Origin: an uncultured Pseudomonadota bacterium
GTDB taxonomy: Bacteria; Pseudomonadota; Gammaproteobacteria; CAJXQU01
Direction: 5' to 3'
Assembly (NCBI GenBank): GCA_913058255.1
Contig: CAJXQU010000001.1
Span: 502,886 to 566,885 of the forward strand
Length of the DNA stretch: 64,000 bases
Shown: one piece after another, positions 12,636 to 21,993 of the stretch
How positions within the stretch are numbered: the first letter of the stretch is position 1
Layout of the letters: the number at the start of each line of letters is the position of its first letter
Made by a program: the position numbers and the translations under genes
Notes under the pieces: generated by a model
The model's database searches: none
What the model saw: only the letters and a program-made list of their open reading frames with translations
Told to the model about the DNA's origin: nothing

Positions 12636-13307
12636 ATGCCTAGCAATCGATATCCGATTATCGCCAGAGAAGGGTGGCTATTTATTCTGATAGTTATACT
12701 ACTGGGACTAATCTTACTCTATGTACTTTATCCTGCTGCAGCCATTTCCGTCTGGGCATTATTGGTACCTATGGTCTATTTTTTTCGTGATCCACACAGA
12801 GTAATTCCTGCATCACCAACCGCTATTGTTAGTCCAGTTGAAGGCGTTGTTGATAGCGTTAAAACGGTTACTGATCATTGGCTAGATCGTGATGCAATAA
12901 GAGTTAGGATACGTATGGGGTATAACAACACTTATAGTATTCGTAGTCCAATAGAAGGAAATATTTTAAATTGCTGGTCATCGGAACCTGCGACTTTAGG
13001 CTCAAAAGATAGAATTCATCGCCACAGTTTTTGGGTTCAGTCAGATGAAGGCGATGATGTTCTAACGGCTATTTACCTCGGTAAAGTGACTGCCCGCTTA
13101 CACAGCTATATTCATCCAGGGGAACGAGTAGGGCAAGGACAACGTTGTGGTTATTTCATATTCGGCGGTGTCGTCGAAGTTTACTTTCCTGTGAATTCAA
13201 AAATTCGAGTTAAGCAAGGAGAAATGGTTCAGTCTGGCTCTAGTATTTTAGGTCAATTAGTTCAAAAGCGCTCATCATCAACGATAGGAAATCCTCTAAC
13301 AGCCTAA
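12636..13307 (+). CDS. Short-type phosphatidylserine decarboxylase-related proenzyme (psd-like/Asd-like)
   Basis: 223 aa with N-terminal TM helices and a C-terminal FGGVVEVYFP...SGSS region, resembling short PSD proenzymes with a G-S-S/T cleavage site near the C-terminus. Next gene is a phosphatidylserine synthase. Confidence 0.55.
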   Translation: MPSNRYPIIAREGWLFILIVILLGLILLYVLYPAAAISVWALLVPMVYFFRDPHRVIPASPTAIVSPVEGVVDSVKTVTDHWLDRDAIRVRIRMGYNNTYSIRSPIEGNILNCWSSEPATLGSKDRIHRHSFWVQSDEGDDVLTAIYLGKVTARLHSYIHPGERVGQGQRCGYFIFGGVVEVYFPVNSKIRVKQGEMVQSGSSILGQLVQKRSSSTIGNPLTA

Positions 13308-13407
13308 TGAGTTATATATTTTTAACTTGAACACCCACTAACAAAACATCAATTTTTATTCTAGCGTAGTAGAATAGCCCACTTCTCAATCATCTCTGGA
13401 ATCAAAC

Positions 13408-14163
13408 ATGGCGAAAAGTAGGCTGAATCCTCGGCGAGGAATCTATCTTCTCCCTAACCTGTTTACCACCGCAGCATTATTCTCTGGCTTTTACGCAATT
13501 ATAGCGGCGATCAACAATCGTTTCGAAGCCGCAGCTATCGCAATTTTTATCGCAATGGTGCTCGATGGCATGGATGGGCGAGTTGCAAGAATGACTAATA
13601 CCGAAAGTGATTTCGGTGCTGAATACGACAGTTTGTCCGATATGATTTCATTTGGCTTAGCACCAGGCTTGATTATGTATCAATGGGCGCTCACAGAGCT
13701 TGGAAGACTCGGCTGGGTTGCTGCATTTGTCTATACCGTAACAGCAGCGTTGCGGTTAGCGCGCTTTAATACTCAGGTTGATACTGCAGATAAAAATTAT
13801 TTTCAGGGTCTACCTAGTCCATCGGCGGCTGCTCTGGTGGTTGGCCTTGTTTGGATCGGGGCAGAATATCAGCTTGAAATATCAAAAAGTCTTGCCGCAT
13901 TCGCCATGATAGTAACGATTTCTGCAGGCATATTAATGATTAGTAATATTCGTTATAACAGCTTCAAAAAAGTTGACTTAAAAGGAAAAGTTCCATTTAT
14001 ACATATCCTTGCTGTAGTCTTAGTTTTTGTTTTAATCTCTCTTGAACCGCCGACAGTATTATTCGCTTTGTTTGCTCTTTATGCACTTTCAGGGCCTGCA
14101 ATGACTTTATTCCAACTCAGAAAACATCGAGCGCGGCGCTCAAGTTCTGACGAAAACGGTTGA
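13408..14163 (+). CDS. pssA: CDP-diacylglycerol--serine O-phosphatidyltransferase (CDP-alcohol phosphatidyltransferase type)
   Basis: DGxDGxxARxxxxxSxFGAExDSLSD CDP-OH phosphatidyltransferase signature. 251-aa polytopic protein. Confidence 0.75.
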   Translation: MAKSRLNPRRGIYLLPNLFTTAALFSGFYAIIAAINNRFEAAAIAIFIAMVLDGMDGRVARMTNTESDFGAEYDSLSDMISFGLAPGLIMYQWALTELGRLGWVAAFVYTVTAALRLARFNTQVDTADKNYFQGLPSPSAAALVVGLVWIGAEYQLEISKSLAAFAMIVTISAGILMISNIRYNSFKKVDLKGKVPFIHILAVVLVFVLISLEPPTVLFALFALYALSGPAMTLFQLRKHRARRSSSDENG

Positions 14164-14407
14164 TAACCTAAGTAGAACTCGGTTATCTTTACCATGTTAT
14201 GAATTCAACAACGATACAACAAAAGACTCACCAAGTGCGCATCTCGCGTAAGTCTTTGTTGTGCCTGTCTACTTTTCTGCGACTCCTGCCCTGCTTGGGC
14301 TAATTACTGATTCTCACCTGGCGAGGAAAAACGCACTTTCGATAGAACAATAATAGAATAGAAATTAAATAGCATGCTGCTAGAATATGCAGCAGGAGCG
14401 ATTTGAA

Positions 14408-15955
14408 ATGAAAGATAAATTAATAATATTTGATACAACCTTGCGTGATGGCGAGCAAAGCCCCGGTGCTTCGATGACGAAGGACGAAAAACTTCGTATA
14501 GCGAAAGCACTAGAGCGCATGAAGGTAGATATCATTGAGGCTGGTTTCCCCATTGCAAGTCCTGGTGATTTTGAATCTGTTAAAGCTGTCGCAGAGATGG
14601 TGCAAGATAGTACGGTTTGTGGCTTAGCTAGAGCGCTGGATGGCGATATCGATCGAGCTGGTGAAGCATTAAAGTCTGCGAATTCGCCGAGAATTCATAC
14701 CTTCATTGCTACTTCACCGATCCATATGAAGACGAAGTTAATGATGGAGCCCGATCAGGTTGTTGAACAAGCGGTTCGTTCCGTCAAGCGAGCACGTAAT
14801 TTGATCGAGGATGTTGAGTTTTCAGCTGAAGATGCCGGTCGTTCAGATCCCGATTTTTTATGCCGAATTATAGAGGCGGTGATTGACGCTGGTGCGACGA
14901 CGGTGAACATTCCTGATACCGTCGGTTATAACCTCCCTGACCGATTTGGAGCTTTGGTTGCTGAGTTGATGGAGCGAGTCCCTAACAGCGATAAAGCCAT
15001 TTTTTCAGTGCATTGTCATAACGATTTGGGCTTAGCTGTCGGTAATTCTTTATCTGCTGTACTTCATGGTGCACGCCAAGTGGAATGTACTATCAATGGC
15101 TTGGGTGAACGCGCGGGTAACACTTCGTTAGAAGAAATTGTGATGGCGGTTAAAACGCGCCAAGATATTTTCAGCTGTGATACTGAGCTGGATACCACTG
15201 AAATAATGAACTGCTCACGATTGGTTGCAAATGTTACTGGCTTTCCTGTTCAGCCGAATAAAGCCATTGTCGGTGCAAACGCTTTTGCTCATGAGTCTGG
15301 CATACATCAGGACGGTGTGATCAAAAACCGTGAGACGTACGAGATCATGCGAGCTGAAGATGTCGGTTGGAATGCAAACCGAATGGTGATGGGCAAGCAC
15401 TCCGGACGCAATGCTTTTAAAACACGCCTAAAAGAATTAGGCGTAGAGTTTGAGCGAGAAGAAGATCTCAACGATGCTTTTAAACGCTTTAAAGATCTAG
15501 CGGATAAAAAGCATGAAATTTTTGATGAAGATCTACAGGCTTTAGTGACTGAAACCAACCTTGCAGGTGAAGAAGAGTGGGTTAAATTGATCGGCCTCAA
15601 GGTAAATTCTGAAACGGGTGAAACGTCTATTGCTGATATAACACTTTCGGTGAATGGTGTAGAAGAAACGGGATCTGCAGCGGGGAGTGGCCCAGTTGAT
15701 GCAACATTTATGGCGATAGAAGCAGTTGTGGAGAGTGGTTGTGATCTACAACTTTACTCCGTCAGTAATATAACGAGCGGAACTTCTTCACAAGGTGAAG
15801 TTGCGGTGCGTCTTGAGTTTGAAGACCGCGTTGTAAATGGCCAAGGTGCAGATACAGATATCATTGCTGCATCGGCAAAAGCCTATATCAATGCTCTGAA
15901 TACCATGATGACCGACAAAAATAAAAAACATCCGCAGGTAGCAGGTAAAATATGA
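14408..15955 (+). CDS. leuA: 2-isopropylmalate synthase
   Basis: Collinear with the E. coli LeuA sequence as recalled from memory ([12 protein letters not shown], HxHNDLG). Start moved to the internal Met matching the E. coli N-terminus. Confidence 0.9.
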   Translation: MKDKLIIFDTTLRDGEQSPGASMTKDEKLRIAKALERMKVDIIEAGFPIASPGDFESVKAVAEMVQDSTVCGLARALDGDIDRAGEALKSANSPRIHTFIATSPIHMKTKLMMEPDQVVEQAVRSVKRARNLIEDVEFSAEDAGRSDPDFLCRIIEAVIDAGATTVNIPDTVGYNLPDRFGALVAELMERVPNSDKAIFSVHCHNDLGLAVGNSLSAVLHGARQVECTINGLGERAGNTSLEEIVMAVKTRQDIFSCDTELDTTEIMNCSRLVANVTGFPVQPNKAIVGANAFAHESGIHQDGVIKNRETYEIMRAEDVGWNANRMVMGKHSGRNAFKTRLKELGVEFEREEDLNDAFKRFKDLADKKHEIFDEDLQALVTETNLAGEEEWVKLIGLKVNSETGETSIADITLSVNGVEETGSAAGSGPVDATFMAIEAVVESGCDLQLYSVSNITSGTSSQGEVAVRLEFEDRVVNGQGADTDIIAASAKAYINALNTMMTDKNKKHPQVAGKI

Positions 15956-16893
15956 ATCAAAAACTCGCCAACCTAGATGCCATGGGAATTGATGTCTGGG
16001 TCAGGCGAGAATTTGTTGATGGGCGGTATTTTGTAGAACCTGTAGTGGGCGATACGGTTGCTGAGGTTTCTTCGACAGACGTATCTAAAGCCTATGCAGA
16101 GTCAACTCTTCCATCCGTTACTCAAGAACCTGTCATAGACCTTGTTCAAGAAAATATATCTGAAAAAATACCCGACGTCGTAGTAGCTGAACCTGCTGTA
16201 GAAGTGCTAGCAGAGGCTCGTTCTGTAAGCGATAAAAAAGAATCAAGTACAGGAATCACACCAGAGGTGATACTTGAAAAAATCACCTCACCAGAGCAAT
16301 CCATCAAGGCAAATCACTTTCCAGAACTCGTAGAAAATGATACTTGGGAAGCGCTGGATAAACGCGTTCAGTCTTGTCTTAAATGTGATTTACACAAAAC
16401 GCGACAGCAGCCCGTTTTTGGTGTCGGCGATCCGGATGCAGATTGGTTAATTATTGGTGAAGCTCCCGGTGCTGAAGAGGATCGTCTTGGCGAACCGTTT
16501 GTTGGACGCGCGGGGCAACTTTTAAACTCAATGTTGAAGGCTGTTGATCTCAATCGAGAGCAAGTTTTTATTGCTAATATATTAAAATGTCGTCCACCCG
16601 ATAATCGTGATCCTCGAGTTGAAGAAGTGAGTAGTTGTGAGCCTTATCTGCAACGACAAATTGAGCTGATCAAGCCAAAAATTATTTTATGTGTGGGTCG
16701 AATAGCAGCGCAGAACTTACTTAAGGTTGATACACCAATAGGAAAAATGCGTGGAAAAAAATATTCTTATGAAGCCTTAAATATTCCCGTTGTCGTGACT
16801 TATCATCCGGCTTATCTGTTGCGAACACCAAAGCAGAAAACTAAAAGTTGGCAAGATCTTTTATTGGCTAAGTCATTACTGGAGGAGTCATGA
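15952..16893 (+). CDS. Family-4 uracil-DNA glycosylase with ~110-aa acidic N-terminal extension
   Basis: GEAPGxxEDxxGxPFVGxAGQLL motif of family 4 (UdgA-type) UDGs and a conserved Cys cluster. The ATG overlaps the leuA stop codon. Confidence 0.75.
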   Translation: MNQKLANLDAMGIDVWVRREFVDGRYFVEPVVGDTVAEVSSTDVSKAYAESTLPSVTQEPVIDLVQENISEKIPDVVVAEPAVEVLAEARSVSDKKESSTGITPEVILEKITSPEQSIKANHFPELVENDTWEALDKRVQSCLKCDLHKTRQQPVFGVGDPDADWLIIGEAPGAEEDRLGEPFVGRAGQLLNSMLKAVDLNREQVFIANILKCRPPDNRDPRVEEVSSCEPYLQRQIELIKPKIILCVGRIAAQNLLKVDTPIGKMRGKKYSYEALNIPVVVTYHPAYLLRTPKQKTKSWQDLLLAKSLLEES

Positions 16894-17357
16894 GCGTTGC
16901 GAATGAGCTAGCATTAGCCTCATTGCGTCCAATGCTAAAGGAAGATATTGATATTGTGATGGAAATAGAACTCGCTTCCTATGACTACCCTTGGAAGGCG
17001 AAGATCTACCAAGACTGCTTAAAGGTCGGGTATGGTTGCTGGATTATGGAATATGCACAGAAGGTTGTCGGTTATGGCATCCTGACCGCAGGAGCCGGTG
17101 AAGCGCACGTTTTAAACATTTGTATACGTGATGATTTTCGTCGCTATGGAATGGGCAGGATGATGCTCAATCACTTGCAAAAATTAGCCAGAGAACATAA
17201 TGCGAACACGATTTTTCTAGAAGTTCGAATGAGTAATATCGGAGCGTACCGACTTTATGAGCAAGAAGGATTTTCTGAGGTTGGATTAAGAAAAAATTAT
17301 TACCCCGCCGCAAATGGACGAGAAGATGCCATCATCATGGCAAGAGAATTAGTATAA
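16890..17357 (+). CDS. rimI: Ribosomal-protein-alanine N-acetyltransferase (GNAT)
   Basis: 155-aa GNAT with the RimI-like pattern (MExxLAS...RRxGxGxxLL). Confidence 0.7.
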   Translation: MSVANELALASLRPMLKEDIDIVMEIELASYDYPWKAKIYQDCLKVGYGCWIMEYAQKVVGYGILTAGAGEAHVLNICIRDDFRRYGMGRMMLNHLQKLAREHNANTIFLEVRMSNIGAYRLYEQEGFSEVGLRKNYYPAANGREDAIIMARELV

Positions 17358-17367
17358 AGGATTTAAC

Positions 17368-18270
17368 ATGACAGATTACCCAACAATTGCAGATTTTGTC
17401 GGCAACACACCTTTAGTACGCTTACAACGCCTACCGTCGCAACAAGGACATTCAAGTAATACTATCCTTGTTAAATTAGAAGGTGATAATCCGGCAGGTT
17501 CAGTTAAAGATCGACCGGCGATCAACATGATCAATCGCGCAGAAGAACGCGGTGATATTAAACCCGGTGATACTCTCATAGAAGCTACAAGTGGTAATAC
17601 TGGAATAGCTCTGGCAATGGCGGCAGCGATCAAGGGTTATAGAATGATTCTGATCATGCCGGATAATATGAGTGAAGAACGACGCGCTTCAATGAAAGCA
17701 TACGGTGCCGAAATTATTCTTACGCCAGCAGAAGGAAGCATGGAGTCTGCAATAGATAAGTCACGAGAGATGGAAGCTGAAGGTATTGGTAAGGTCTTAG
17801 ACCAGTTTTCAAATCAAGATAACCCACTTTCTCATTTTGAAGGAACAGGCCCCGAAATTTGGCGTGATACTAAGGGAAAGATTACTCATTTTGTCAGCTC
17901 AATGGGAACAACAGGGACAATCATGGGAACGTCTAAATATTTAAAGAGTGTGAATTCTGACGTTCAAATAATTGGAGTTCAACCGGAAGGCGATGCTAGC
18001 ATCCCGGGCATTCGACGTTGGCCAGAAGAATATCTACCAAAAATTTATGATAGCCGTCGTGTTGATCGCGTTATGGATATGGATCAACAAACAGCTGAGA
18101 ATACGATGCGAGACATGGGAGCAAAGGAAGGGATCTTCTGTGGTGTTTCTTCTGGGGGGGGCGTTGCGGCAGCATTGAGGCTCTCTAACGAAGTGGAAAA
18201 TGCTGTCATCGTCGTGATTGTATGTGATCGGGGCGATCGTTATATATCCACTGGAGTTTTCCCCGGCTGA
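17368..18270 (+). CDS. cysM: Cysteine synthase B
   Basis: Collinear with the E. coli CysM sequence as recalled from memory (GNTPLVxLQR, SVKDRxA PLP-lysine, TSGNTG, GIFCGVSSGG). 300 aa. Confidence 0.85.
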   Translation: MTDYPTIADFVGNTPLVRLQRLPSQQGHSSNTILVKLEGDNPAGSVKDRPAINMINRAEERGDIKPGDTLIEATSGNTGIALAMAAAIKGYRMILIMPDNMSEERRASMKAYGAEIILTPAEGSMESAIDKSREMEAEGIGKVLDQFSNQDNPLSHFEGTGPEIWRDTKGKITHFVSSMGTTGTIMGTSKYLKSVNSDVQIIGVQPEGDASIPGIRRWPEEYLPKIYDSRRVDRVMDMDQQTAENTMRDMGAKEGIFCGVSSGGGVAAALRLSNEVENAVIVVIVCDRGDRYISTGVFPG

Positions 18271-18277
18271 TCTGATG

Positions 18278-20383
18278 CGTTTATTTCGCTTGATCTGCCT
18301 ATTAGTCTCAAGTGTTTTTTTCTCTAATATTTATGCTATTGAGAAACTAAATGTTGAGATTGAACAAGCTGAGTTTTCGGGCTGGCAATTTGAATCGGTA
18401 CACATTGACTTTGATCTCTCATCTCAGCCGTTATCTACAGAAAATGTTACGACGCCACATATTTCTATTTCTATCGATAAGCTAATTTCGAAACAAAATG
18501 AAACCTTTAAGAACATTAAAATTGCCTGTCCTTTAGCTTCATTTGAACATGTCCTGCAGTTTGATCTAATTGAGTGTCAGTCCGGATATTTTTCCGCGAA
18601 GCATAATCTACTAGGAAGGCTAGAAGGAAGGTTAGACTTTACCTTAGATACTGAAAATGAAAAACTTGAGGCGAATATTACGACTTTTAAACTGGCTGGC
18701 GGTTCTGTCGATCTAAAAATAAATGCTAAGAAAGGTGAGTGGAAGGTTGATCTTAAAGGTCGCTCACTGGATGTGGAGAAATTAAAAAAACTTCTAGCCT
18801 CTTTTGTAACATTACCGAATGTAACATCAGAAGAAACGGGAAAGATTAACCTTCAACTGAAAGCCAATGGACGAGGAGAGAATTTACGTTCAGCAAGAAT
18901 TAATATTAGAACATTTGATTTAGGTTTTGATGGCAATTCGGTAGCGGAAGAACTTGATGCAAAAATCAATATTTTATTAGAAAGAAAAGATGAGGAGTGG
19001 TTGATAAAGCAAGAGATTAGCTTGTTAGATGGCGCGGTTTATATAGAGCCTGGAGTTGAGGTTGGAGCAGTCAAACCGGGGTTTCTACTGGAGGTAGGAC
19101 AACAACCGATTACCCTTGTCATAGAAGCCGGTTGGAAAGAAGCGCGTATCCAAATTGATAAACTAACCTTTACTCACCCTGATGTGATAGCTATTAATAT
19201 CGAAGGCATTATATCTCCGGAAAATAATTCTCCGGTTGATGAACTATCCATGTCGATCTATACACAAGATTTAAATGCCGTATTTCCTACTTATCTTCAG
19301 CCGCTTTTATTTGGATCGGGCTTAGACGAAATAGAAATTATTGGCCAGATGGATCTAAAAATACAGCTACGGGAAAGTAGCATTACAGATTTTCATTTAG
19401 TGCTTGATGATGTTTATGCTGACGATCAGGCAAGCCGATTTCATATCGCTGGATTGAATGGCGATGTGCGTTTAAATAGTGATCCCAATGTAAAGGACTC
19501 GACAATGACATGGCAAGGTGGATCAATTTATCAGGTTAATATCGGTGCTAGTGATATGAAGTTATCTTCCAAAGGACGCTCGATGAAGTTGCGTGAAAAA
19601 ATGCGTATTCCTATCTTTGACGGTGAGCTTCAGGTTAATGATCTGGAAATGAGAAAGCTTGGCTTAGAAGACTATTCTGTACGAATCGAAAGCACACTAA
19701 CACCGATTACATTAAGCGAGTTTACAGAAGCGATAGGCTGGCCGATCATGGCGGGGAATATTTCTGGTGAAATTCCGGGTGTTACATACAATCAAGGCGA
19801 CTTGACTACAGAGGGTCGGTTAAGAGTGAGTGTTTTTGATGGTGACATTACGATTAGCCATCTTTGGATCGAAGATTTATTTGATTTAATCCCAACGCTT
19901 TATGCTGATATTGCCATAAAGAACATTGATCTAGGAATATTAACCAAAACATTTGAATTCGGAGATATAACCGGCCGGCTTGATGGCTATATGAATAATT
20001 TGCGTTTAGATAACTGGGAGCCTGTTCAGTTCGATGCGAAGCTTGCCACTCCTGAAAAAGATGACTCCAGACACCGTATCAGTCAACGTGCTATTGATAA
20101 TATAACGAGCATTGGCGGCGGTGGTTCGGATGTTGTCTCTCGTGGAATATTAGGTGTGTTTGAGGATTTTCCCTATTCTAAAATTGGCCTTAGTTGCCGT
20201 CTGATCGATAGCGTTTGTTTTATGAGTGGTGTCGAGAAAATTGAAAATGGTTATTATATTGTTAAGCGTGGTTTTCTGCCTCCTTGGTTAAATATAAAAG
20301 GTTACAATGATAAAGTTGATTGGCCAGAGCTATTAGACCGGTTGCAGAATATCTCTGAAACAGACAGTCCTACCATAGAATAA
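18278..20383 (+). CDS. Large secreted/periplasmic protein of unknown function (possibly AsmA/YdbH-like)
   Basis: Start moved to the Met preceding a clear signal peptide (MRLFRLICLLVSSVFFSNIYA). ~700 aa, mostly beta-rich. The ORF-track start overlaps cysM. The family call is weak. Confidence 0.35.
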   Translation, partial: RLFRLICLLVSSVFFSNIYAIEKLNVEIEQAEFSGWQFESVHIDFDLSSQPLSTENVTTPHISISIDKLISKQNETFKNIKIACPLASFEHVLQFDLIECQSGYFSAKHNLLGRLEGRLDFTLDTENEKLEANITTFKLAGGSVDLKINAKKGEWKVDLKGRSLDVEKLKKLLASFVTLPNVTSEETGKINLQLKANGRGENLRSARINIRTFDLGFDGNSVAEELDAKINILLERKDEEWLIKQEISLLDGAVYIEPGVEVGAVKPGFLLEVGQQPITLVIEAGWKEARIQIDKLTFTHPDVIAINIEGIISPENNSPVDELSMSIYTQDLNAVFPTYLQPLLFGSGLDEIEIIGQMDLKIQLRESSITDFHLVLDDVYADDQASRFHIAGLNGDVRLNSDPNVKDSTMTWQGGSIYQVNIGASDMKLSSKGRSMKLREKMRIPIFDGELQVNDLEMRKLGLEDYSVRIESTLTPITLSEFTEAIGWPIMAGNISGEIPGVTYNQGDLTTEGRLRVSVFDGDITISHLWIEDLFDLIPTLYADIAIKNIDLGILTKTFEFGDITGRLDGYMNNLRLDNWEPVQFDAKLATPEKDDSRHRISQRAIDNITSIGGGGSDVVSRGILGVFEDFPYSKIGLSCRLIDSVCFMSGVEKIENGYYIVKRGFLPPWLNIKGYNDKVDWPELLDRLQNISETDSPTIE

Positions 20384-20647
20384 AACTCGCCGAGTTTTAT
20401 TAAAGTAAATTCTCGAATAAACCGTATATCCATAAATAACTTAACAAAAACTGAACAGAAACTTAACAAAAAATTATCAAAATTTGACAAAGGTAAATGG
20501 AGTGAGTTAAAAGTGATCTTGCGCTTGATGTAGGGGCAAGGAGAAAAGCCTTTGTTAATCCTTTCGATATTCTTCTGAAAAGGGTTTTACTCCAAAATAA
20601 AGCTATCGCGCGTAGCTAAATAATAATTATGGAAGGGAGTATTTGTA

Positions 20648-21991
20648 ATGCTATTTTTATGTAATTTATGGCCTTGGTTAGCAGGTGGCTTGCTCGGGTG
20701 GTTGCTCAGTGGTTGGTTGGCTCGACGGTTAAAATATGGAGAGCCTCCTGTCGAAAAAATTGTAGAGAAAACAGTGGAAGTTGAAAAAGTTATCGACAAC
20801 CCAAAGCACCTCTCTCTCATATCTCAACTTGAAAATGAAAATCGTCAAATAGACGAGCTCAAAATGAGAGTTTCTGAATTTGAAAAATCAGAAGCCGATA
20901 TAGCGGATCTGATTAAAAAAGAAGGTGTTAGTGCGAATGGTGGGCTGCGCTCACAATTCACGCATTTGATTAGTGGCTTTAGAACAAAAATTTCTGATCA
21001 TGAAGGAAAGCAGCCCGGAATAGTTGAGAAGATTGTTGAAAAGCAGGTCGATAATCCTGAGCACTTAATACGAATTAGATTACTTGAAGAAGAAAACGCG
21101 CAGATCAATGGGCTGCAAGCAACGATCACAACATTAGAAAACCGAAGACCAACGACGATAGAAAAAATTGTTGAGAAAGAAGTAGAAAAACGAGTCGATA
21201 ATCCTGCTCACTTAAATCGCATCAAATTACTTGAAGATGAGTTGGAAATATGGAGAAGAACCCCTTCTATTAATTTACCTGCAGCACGAGCATCTGGAAT
21301 TGTTATTAAGGCCGAGGATGATTTCACTGCTATTGAAGGAATTGGGCCGAAGATTAGTGAGCTGATTCATGCAGATGGTATTCATACATTCAGGGAGTTA
21401 TCTGAAACTGAGCCCACTCGTATTCAAAGCATTCTAGATAAAGCAGGAACAAATTTCCAGATGGCTAACCCTGGAACGTGGCCTGATCAGGCAAACTTGG
21501 CATCATCAAATCGATGGCCGGCGCTCAAAGCTTTACAAGATATTTTGGATGGTGGTGTTTATCCCGATCTGTCTGCGGAACGTGCAGCATTAACAAGCAG
21601 TAATGCGCAGGATACCGCTAAAATTGAGGCGTTAGAAGACGAGTTGGCTGCTTATCGATTAGCTGAAACTCAAACTGCCTCCGTTGCTGATATTGCAGCT
21701 GCAAAAGCGGCTGGATTTAAAGTTAGACGCCAAGGTAGCCATGATGATTTTACCGTCATTGAGGGAGTTGGACCGAAGATTGATGAATTAATCCATGCTG
21801 GAAATATTCATACCTATAGTCAACTTGCCTCAACTTCCATAGTAGTCATTCAAAAAATATTGGATGATGCAGGGGCGAATTTTGTTCTTGCAAAACCGGA
21901 CACATGGCCAGCCCAATCTGATCTAGCAGCCAAAAACCAGTGGATAGATTTAATGAAATGGCAAGATGAGTTAGACGGAGGCAAGGAATAG
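20648..21991 (+). CDS. Membrane-anchored repeat protein: three EKIVEK-xVDNPxHL coiled repeats plus two C-terminal HhH-like (IEGIGPKI) modules
   Basis: N-terminal Trp/Gly-rich TM helix. Three ~45-aa repeats (VEKIVEKTVEVEKVIDNPKHL / IVEKIVEKQVDNPEHL / IEKIVEKEVEKRVDNPAHL, each followed by LLE[ED]E). Two ~100-aa repeats containing DDFTxIEGxGPKIxELIHAxxIHT and PxTWPxQ. Confidence 0.5.
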   Translation: MLFLCNLWPWLAGGLLGWLLSGWLARRLKYGEPPVEKIVEKTVEVEKVIDNPKHLSLISQLENENRQIDELKMRVSEFEKSEADIADLIKKEGVSANGGLRSQFTHLISGFRTKISDHEGKQPGIVEKIVEKQVDNPEHLIRIRLLEEENAQINGLQATITTLENRRPTTIEKIVEKEVEKRVDNPAHLNRIKLLEDELEIWRRTPSINLPAARASGIVIKAEDDFTAIEGIGPKISELIHADGIHTFRELSETEPTRIQSILDKAGTNFQMANPGTWPDQANLASSNRWPALKALQDILDGGVYPDLSAERAALTSSNAQDTAKIEALEDELAAYRLAETQTASVADIAAAKAAGFKVRRQGSHDDFTVIEGVGPKIDELIHAGNIHTYSQLASTSIVVIQKILDDAGANFVLAKPDTWPAQSDLAAKNQWIDLMKWQDELDGGKE

Positions 21992-21993
21992 TC

